DNA from: Octopus vulgaris | Taxonomy: Eukaryota | Direction of reading: 5' to 3' | DNA length: 64,000 nucleotides | Assembly: GCA_951406725.2 (NCBI GenBank) | Contig: OX597831.1 | Coordinates: 3,100,001-3,164,000, forward strand | The notes under the pieces: model-generated | What the model saw: only the letters and a program-made list of their open reading frames with translations | Databases searched by the model: none | What the model was told of the DNA's origin: nothing | Shown here: positions 56,377 through 64,000 of the stretch, in pieces | How the letters are laid out: each line of letters starts with the position of its first letter | How positions within the stretch are numbered: position 1 is the first letter of the stretch | Made by a program: the position numbers and the translations under genes

Positions 56377-56864
56377 TGCAGTATATATGATCAAAACAAC
56401 CAAGTGGTATGTTAGTGACTTCTGTTTTACCTCTGTTATTGTAATTAGGGTCAAACTAACCAGTGGTTAGGTCACTGGTTATCATGGTATCATTGGTGCT
56501 GTGTCTAGGGTCAAGGCAACCTGTCATTAAGTCAATAATTTATATTGTCACCTGTACTGTTATATCTAGGACCAAGACAAATACTGATTCATTGAAGGTT
56601 TTTATTGTGCAACCATGCTGTAAATTGTGCCAAGACTGTTGTATCTAGCATCTGTTGTATTCTATGAATTGCCAAGACAACTAGGTGATATGCCAATGGC
56701 TTCTGTTGTGACACCATTGCTGTAAATGAGACCAGGACAATCACCAATCATTAGGTCAGTTATTTTTATTGTGCTACATATTTTACATGTGAGTATATCT
56801 GCAGCCAAGACATTTAAATTACGTCGGTTTGTGTACTTGGTCATATTCTTTTATTTTTTTTTTT

Positions 56865-57060
56865 TAGCTGTTTCACTCATTTGACTGCGGCCATGCTGGA
56901 GCGAGCACCACCTTGAAGGGTTTTAATCAAAGAAACCGATTGCAGGACTTATACTTTGTAAGCCTAGTATTTATTCTATCAGTCGCTTTTGCCAAACCGT
57001 TAAGTTACAGCTCCATAAACACATCAGCATCAGTTGTCAAGTGATGGTAGGTGGGGACAA

Positions 57061-57113
<53 letters not shown>

Positions 57114-57322
57114 TACATACATACGTACGTACATGCATACGTACATACATACATATATGATGAGCTTCTTTCAGTTTCCATCTATCAAATCCACTCACAA
57201 GGGTTTTTGGTTGGCCTGAGGCCATAGAAAAAGACACATGCTCAAGGTGCCATGCAGTGGGACTGAACTTGGTGTCATGTGGTTGGGGAGCAAGCTTCTT
57301 ACCACACAGCCACACCTGTGCC
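56865..57322 (-). mobile_element. SINE group A
   Basis: Reverse-complement match. Confidence 0.85.
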
Positions 57323-58042
57323 TAAGTAGAATGCTTAGTTCACGGTCAATTCTGATTTAAAAGATCCATGATCAAGTGTATTGTGTATCTGTGACTACCC
57401 AGTCTCCCTTTACCAGGTATAGTACATAGTGTACTCCTAAATGTAATTTGAGAGAAATTTGGCTGTTGTTTCTAGTGGCTTTAGCAACCATATATAAGCA
57501 AAACACAGCTGGAAAAATTGGCAACACTAGAAAAGTGATGAATATTATGTTGGTATGTACTCTTGAGTTCTACTCATGAGAAAGGTTATCTGCAACAGAG
57601 TCAGTTATATTCTATCTCGGATGTGTGTGTGTGTGTGTGTGTGTGGAGGGGGTGGGGAGTTAGTTTTGTCTCTTATTTGTTTATTGTCATGGAGATTAGC
57701 AACAAACATTAGCCTGGTAGACTGCAGGTGTCTGTCAAAGGAAACAATAATATTATAGCCTTGCCTTTAAGACTACACAACTGGATATTGGCTTCAGAGA
57801 AATGAAATTATTGAGCATGTTGTTTGTTATTTAGCACTGGCTTCTAATCCTGATTGAAAAGACCTGAACAGACCTTGGATCAAAGGAGTTCCAACCTTCA
57901 CTATCCCATTTTTCTTTTATACATACATGCATACATACATACATACATACATACATACATACATACATACATACATACATACATACATGAACCCATGCTA
58001 GCATGGAAAGCGGACGCTAAACGATGATGATGGTATATATAT

Positions 58043-58132
<90 letters not shown>

Positions 58133-58276
58133 TTGAGTAGTTGAATGAATTATCTTATTAAGGATAATTCGAAAGATAACTGATACCTGGGTAGCAAATT
58201 CACATCAGAAAGAACATGGTTGAAGCTACGTCCCTAGGGCATAGACTACGTGTCTTTGTGCGGAAATTTGTATGTT

Positions 58277-58307
<31 letters not shown>

Positions 58308-58326
58308 GTATATATATGTGTATATA

Positions 58327-58550
58327 TTGGCCAAAAGTTACCAAAATTCCATAAATACTTGATATTCAATTTCATTTATTCATTCCAATTATGAACGTTT
58401 AATAATTGAATGGTGTCAGTTAAAATCACCGTTTTTTTTTCTCAACATTTGCCTGTTTACTAGCGAAATCTCATTCAGTTGTTAAACACAGATAAATCTT
58501 GGAATTAAATGGTTTTTTACTTACTGTCAGGTGACTTTTGGCCAGCCTTG
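58327..58550. mobile_element. Tc1/mariner-type MITE
   Basis: TIR cores ggccaaaagttacc and ggtgacttttggcc, in a TA context. Confidence 0.65.
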
Positions 58551-58794
58551 TATATACTCACACAAACTTGTAAATAGTTTAAATCTGCTTGGGGCATATT
58601 CGAATCTGTAAAACAGCCATTCACCTTATTTTGTTGTTATGAAGATAATTTCTTGCTGTTGACAAGTGATTCTCAAAGTGGGGGGGTACTGCCCCACTGG
58701 GGGTGGTGGAAAAATCCATGGAGTCGTTGAAGAAAAGTAAGGCAATAACACAGTAGCCAAAAGGAGGCAATAGAATGTCATCATCATCATTGTT

Positions 58795-59167
58795 CATTGT
58801 TTACATTATTTACATTATTTACATTCAATGGATATTTGTTCTCATCTTGTTTGTTGTTAACACAACGTTTTGGCTGATACACCCTGCAGCCTTCTTCAGG
58901 TGTTTTGGGGAAATTTCGAACCTGGGTTCTCATTCCTAAGGTATTTTTTGATGTTGTTGTTGTTGGTGCTGTTCAGGTCACTACTTAGAATCGAACTCGG
59001 AATCTTGGGGTTAGTAGCCCGTGCTCTTAAACTCTACGCCTTATGCCCATGGGCCGAAACGTTGTGTTAACAACAAACAAGATGAGGACAAATATCCGTT
59101 GAATGTAAATAATGTAAATAATATAGATAATGTAGATAATTCCTCGTCTCTTAAATATAGAACTGTA
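58795..59167 (-). mobile_element. Family D tRNA-headed HHR element (copy 3)
   Basis: HHR 58859-58904 (-), tRNA-like head ~58973-59049, inverted arm 59053-59167. TSD tcatcattgtt. Confidence 0.85.
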
Positions 59168-60250
59168 TCATCATTGTTGTTGTCGTTATCATCATCATGA
59201 TATAACATCCGCGCTCCATGCTGGCATGGGTTGGATGGTTTGACCTGGAGCTGGCTAGCGGGGAGCTGTCCAGACTCCAACTGTCTGTTGTAACATGGTT
59301 TCTATGCCTGGATGCTCTTCCTAATATCAGTCACTTAACAGGGTGTGCTTGGGTGGTTTTTATGTGCCACCAGGATGTCGAAACAAAATAATCTTTTCTT
59401 CTCAAGGCACAAGGCTTGAAATTTGGGGGGGGGGCAGTCAATTAGCTCAAACACAGTATGCAACAGGTACTTTAATTTATCGACCCCGAAAGGATGAAAA
59501 TCATCCTTGGTGGAATTTGAACTCAGAACGTAAAGACAGACGAAATACCGTTGAGCATTTCGCCTGGTGTGCTAACGATTCTGCCAGCTCACTGCCTCGT
59601 CAAAATAAAATAATGGCTTAATTAGATTAAGTTTTATTTGTGAAATACAGTTTGTTTTGTATTTTCTGCAGACAGTGGTCTATGTTTGTGGTGATGGGTG
59701 GCTGAGGGGATGGGCCTGAGTGCCAAGGGGGCAGCAAATAGGTAAGACAAATAGGAGTAAACAGAACCAAGTTTGTTTGAAGTGACCTGTAACCCAAGTG
59801 ATGGGTACCATCCATCAGTCTGGTTAGAGGGCTAGATGAGACTTCGAACAGGCTTGGTTGTGTTTACACATAATTGTCCACTGTTAGAAGTTTTCTCCAT
59901 GGCAAAATACAGAAAAATGGCTCTCCTATGGGTTTGCATACAGCCCATGCATATTTGAATTGGTAACAAGTTTGTATATATACACATCACTGCTTACTTC
60001 TTCTATTCCAGTATCACCATCATCATCATCATCATCGTCATTTAACGTCCAGTTTCCATAGTGGCATCGGTTGCACAGTTTGACCAGAGCTGGCAAGCTA
60101 GGAAGCTGCACCAGGTGCTTGTCTGATTCGGCTTGTTTCTCTAGCTGGATGCCCTTCCTAACACCAACCACTTTAGAGTGTGTGCTGGGTATTTTTAACA
60201 TGCCACTGGCATGAGTGCTTTTACGTGGTACTGGCTTTTTGCATGGCATA

Positions 60251-60298
<48 letters not shown>

Positions 60299-60306
<8 letters not shown>

Positions 60307-60667
60307 CAAATTAGAGACAAAACCACTATTATGCAAATCAAACAAAGAAAGACTTAAGCCAATACATAAAATAATTTATATAAATTAAAATTTAACATAT
60401 GAATAACCACTACGATCGTTTCGTGTCAGCACATCTTAGACATTCTTCAGGTGGTTTCAAAACCTAAAATATAAAATATAATCAATATTTTTACGATATA
60501 AATATTTATATAATCTAAATAAAAATTTACTTATAATAAACTCTATTATTAAATATGATTATGGTTTTGTCTCTAATTTGATATAATATAATATTTTACT
60601 ATAAAATTGGATTCAATCTTAAATCTGATTTTTCCTTGTAAATTTGGATTTATTCCCTAATATTTAT

Positions 60668-60670
<3 letters not shown>
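60299..60670 (-). mobile_element. (TA)n-inserted HHR element with inverted ends plus tail (family F)
   Basis: Inverted repeats at 60299-60325 and 60562-60588, tail to about 60662. Fragments of the same family at 41861-41960 and about 46660-46735. Confidence 0.8.
60405..60456 (-). ncRNA. Type I hammerhead ribozyme, canonical core
   Basis: aaccac CTGAAGA atgtc taagatgtgct gacac GAAAC GATC GTA gtggtt. Confidence 0.85.
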
Positions 60671-60739
<69 letters not shown>

Positions 60740-60828
60740 ATAAAGGATGAAAAGGAACACACGAGTTGATATATATGAAAAAACAAGTCAAGATAGAAAA
60801 TGCTAAAATAATTTTATAAAGAACATTT

Positions 60829-60866
60829 CAGTACCGGTTTCAGTCATTTTGAGACCTTTTCAACTG
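60829..60866 (-). ncRNA. Minimal hammerhead ribozyme with U3-A8 compensatory core
   Basis: cag TTGAAAA ggtc tcaaaat gact GAAAC CG GTA ctg, inside an AT-rich insert at about 60740-61020. Confidence 0.65.
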
Positions 60867-61615
60867 TAACGATTAAATAATTAAATTTAGAAAAATTAAA
60901 AGAAAAGTTTTTTTAAAAGAATATTTGTATAGTGTTCAAATATAAGTGGCATTTTCCTTGTTTCTGCCTTTCTCTGTCTCTCTTGTTCGCACTTGTGGGT
61001 TCGAGGTCATCACAACGACCTGATGATGATGATGGTGATGAAGATGATGATGATGATGATGATATAGCTATACATCATACAAAGTTTTAAGACAGTAGGA
61101 TGTGATTCGAGGGAGCTTGGTTACTATATCTAACTAGCTAAAGGACTGCTTTGAGGTTCACATAGAGATTTTCCCAAAAGGGATTTGTTTGTAGACAATG
61201 TATTAATAGGTTAATTGAAAAGTGTAGGAACTCCCTTGTGGCTGACGCTGAGTAGGAAATAAATACGTGATGAATTATGTCTGCAACTAAATTTTCATTT
61301 CTGGTCATAATGATTTATTTTTCATTTATGCTACTTACTTAATGTCTTGAGTATCTTGCAATTTCCATTTATCTTCTCATTTCAATCAAGGACTGATTCA
61401 CAGTTAAAGGATATCCTGCTTCTTCTCATTTCAATGTCCTCATCTTCCTTCCTAACCTAATAAACCCAATAGCCTGGTGTGCTAACATTTCTACCAGTTC
61501 ACCGCCTTATGTATGTACAAGGCATCAGTCTTGCTTACAGCATAGTGAGCATGCTGGAACTGAACCTGAATTCACAGGATTCAGAACCAAACTTCTTAAC
61601 CGCACAGCCATGTCC

Positions 61616-63045
61616 ATACATACATACATACATACATTCATACATACATTCATACATACACACATACATACATACATACATACATACATACATACATACA
61701 TTCATACATACATTCATACATACACACATACATACATACATACATACATACATTCATACATACATTCATACATACACACATACATACATACATACATACA
61801 TACATACATTCATACATACATTCATACATACACACATACATACATACATACATACATACATTCATACATACATTCATACATACACACATACATACATACA
61901 TACATACATACATTCATACATACATTCATACATACACACATACATACATACATACACACATACATACATACATACATACATACATACATACATACACACA
62001 TACACACATACATACATACATACATACATACACACATACATACATACATACATTCATACATACATACATACATACAAACATACATACATACATACATACA
62101 TACACACATACATACATACATACATACATACATACATACATACATACATACATACATACATACATACATACATTCATACATACATTCATACATACATACA
62201 TTCATACATACATACATACATTCATACATACATACATACATACATACATACATACATACATTCATACATACATTCATACATACATACATACATACATACA
62301 TACATACATACATACATACATACATACATACATACATACATTCATACATACATTCATACATACATTCATACATACATTCATACATACATACATACATACA
62401 TTCATACATACATTCATACATACATACATACATACATACATTCATACATACATTCATACATACATTCATACATACATACATACATACATACATACATACA
62501 TACATACATACATTCATACATACATACATACATTCATACATACATACATACATTCATACATACATACATACATACATACATACATACATACATTCATACA
62601 TACATACATACATACATACATACATACATACATACACACATACACACATACATACATACATACATACATACACACATACATACATACATACATTCATACA
62701 TACATTCATACATACACACATACATACATACATACATACATACATACATACATACATTCATACATACATACATACATACATACATTCATACATACATTCA
62801 TACATACATACATACATACATTCATACATACATTCATACATACATTCATACATACATACATACATTCATACATACATACATACATACATACATACATTCA
62901 TACATACATTCATACATACATTCATACATACATACACACACACACACATACATACATACATACATACATACATACATACATACATACATACACACATACA
63001 TACATACATACATACATACATACATACATACATACATACATACAT
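61616..63045. repeat. (CATA)n tetranucleotide array, about 1.43 kb, with CATT and CACA variants
   Basis: Directly visible; source of the 522-aa and 491-aa YIHT ORFs. Confidence 0.98.
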
Positions 63046-63570
63046 GATGGCTGCAAATTCATGTTTGAGTATTGCCATTGCCTGATCCAATGTCTCTCAC
63101 ATGTGAAGGCTATGGCCAGTTATTTTTCTGATAGGTTTTACATTTTTCATGTGATGCCTGTGCATGATAATCTTTTATAACGGGGAAAGGATTTGCACAA
63201 ATCCAATCCTACTTTCTGAACATGGACAACATAAACTTGGAAAGAAGAACTAGTCTACATCATTGAGTATTGTCAGTGTTGCGGATTTTCTCTCAGAGTT
63301 TCCGTCTCCTAGAGAGATGTTGTGACAACAAAAGTGGGGCCTCCCACTCCCAGTGGGCCAACTGTGCACCTGGACACCAACCCAGGTATTTCCCGCATCC
63401 CCATGCATGCATACATACACGTATTGTTGGATGGTTGTTGCATGGTCGGGTCATAAGCGACTAAACTGTCAACCCCATCAATCTTGCTTGGTGAGGAGGG
63501 TGGTTGCTGGACACCCTGCTGGATGAAAAATAAGAACTGTCAAATGGCAGAAGTTCTCATGAGCAGTCAA
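63046..63570 (-). mobile_element. Possible decayed LINE 5' region
   Basis: Non-SINE repeat-like sequence with weak resemblance to an RTE 5' UTR and endonuclease start. Confidence 0.3.
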
Positions 63571-63769
63571 CATACACATACATACACACACATGCACACA
63601 TGCACCAACACACACATGCACCCACGCACGTGCACATAGAGAGAGAGTACATAAAGAGTCTTTATCAACTGTTGTTATGCAATATGTATGTACTATGAGT
63701 ACTCAGTTTGGTTCACCATTAAAATTCTGGTTTGAACTGCAACTGGAAAATAGGATGTTGAGGCAGTCT

Positions 63770-64000
63770 ATCAAAGGTGGTTAGAAGTAATTTCTCCATG
63801 AGCAGGTAGGTAGAAATTAAAAGAAAAAATGAAAGAGCAGAATATTTGGCATCACTCGAAACCATTTAATTTATATAGAGAGTATAAATGGATAGAGCGT
63901 CTTACAGCTGTTTCGAGCACAGTCAAGCATGTGGATTGTGGTATTGAGTAATGGAATTTAGATAGAGAATATAAATGAATAGAGTGTCTTACAGCTGTTT
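63770..64000 (-). mobile_element. Partial tandem pLTR-like repeat with HHR 3' halves (continues past the window end)
   Basis: Direct repeat 63875-63913 and 63962-64000. Minus strand reads GAAAC AGCT GTA ag. Confidence 0.55.

Noticed and set aside
59672-59741. Plus-strand exon with good splice sites
   Set aside because: There are stops in all three frames; it could only be non-coding or terminal and has no other support.
61479-63085. 522-aa and 491-aa ORFs (YIHT repeats)
   Set aside because: These are translations of a stop-free (CATA)n microsatellite.

Overview
Eukaryotic, extremely microsatellite- and SINE-rich DNA. The repeat families look like those of an Octopus (coleoid cephalopod) genome; this is recognition from memory, not a database result. 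Nearly all long ORFs in the track are artefacts of di-, tri- and tetranucleotide repeats. The window holds many tRNA-derived SINEs of three groups, decayed LINEs (R4/Dong-like, RTE-like, CR1/L2-like), two mariner relics, hAT, Tc2 and piggyBac-type MITEs, and Helitron pieces. A possible 3-exon small-ORF gene lies on + (7121-7140, 25910-26045, 26721-26813), close to a phased array of RFX X-box-like motifs. The most striking signal is about a dozen minimal type-I hammerhead ribozyme (HHR) motifs from at least 6-7 unrelated short non-coding elements. Most sit inside (TA)n or other microsatellites, and several show a Penelope-like architecture of an inverted truncated arm plus a tail. One family, present in 3 copies, joins a tRNA-like Pol III head to the HHR. 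Several HHRs have variant catalytic cores (U3-A8, C4, extra A after A9).
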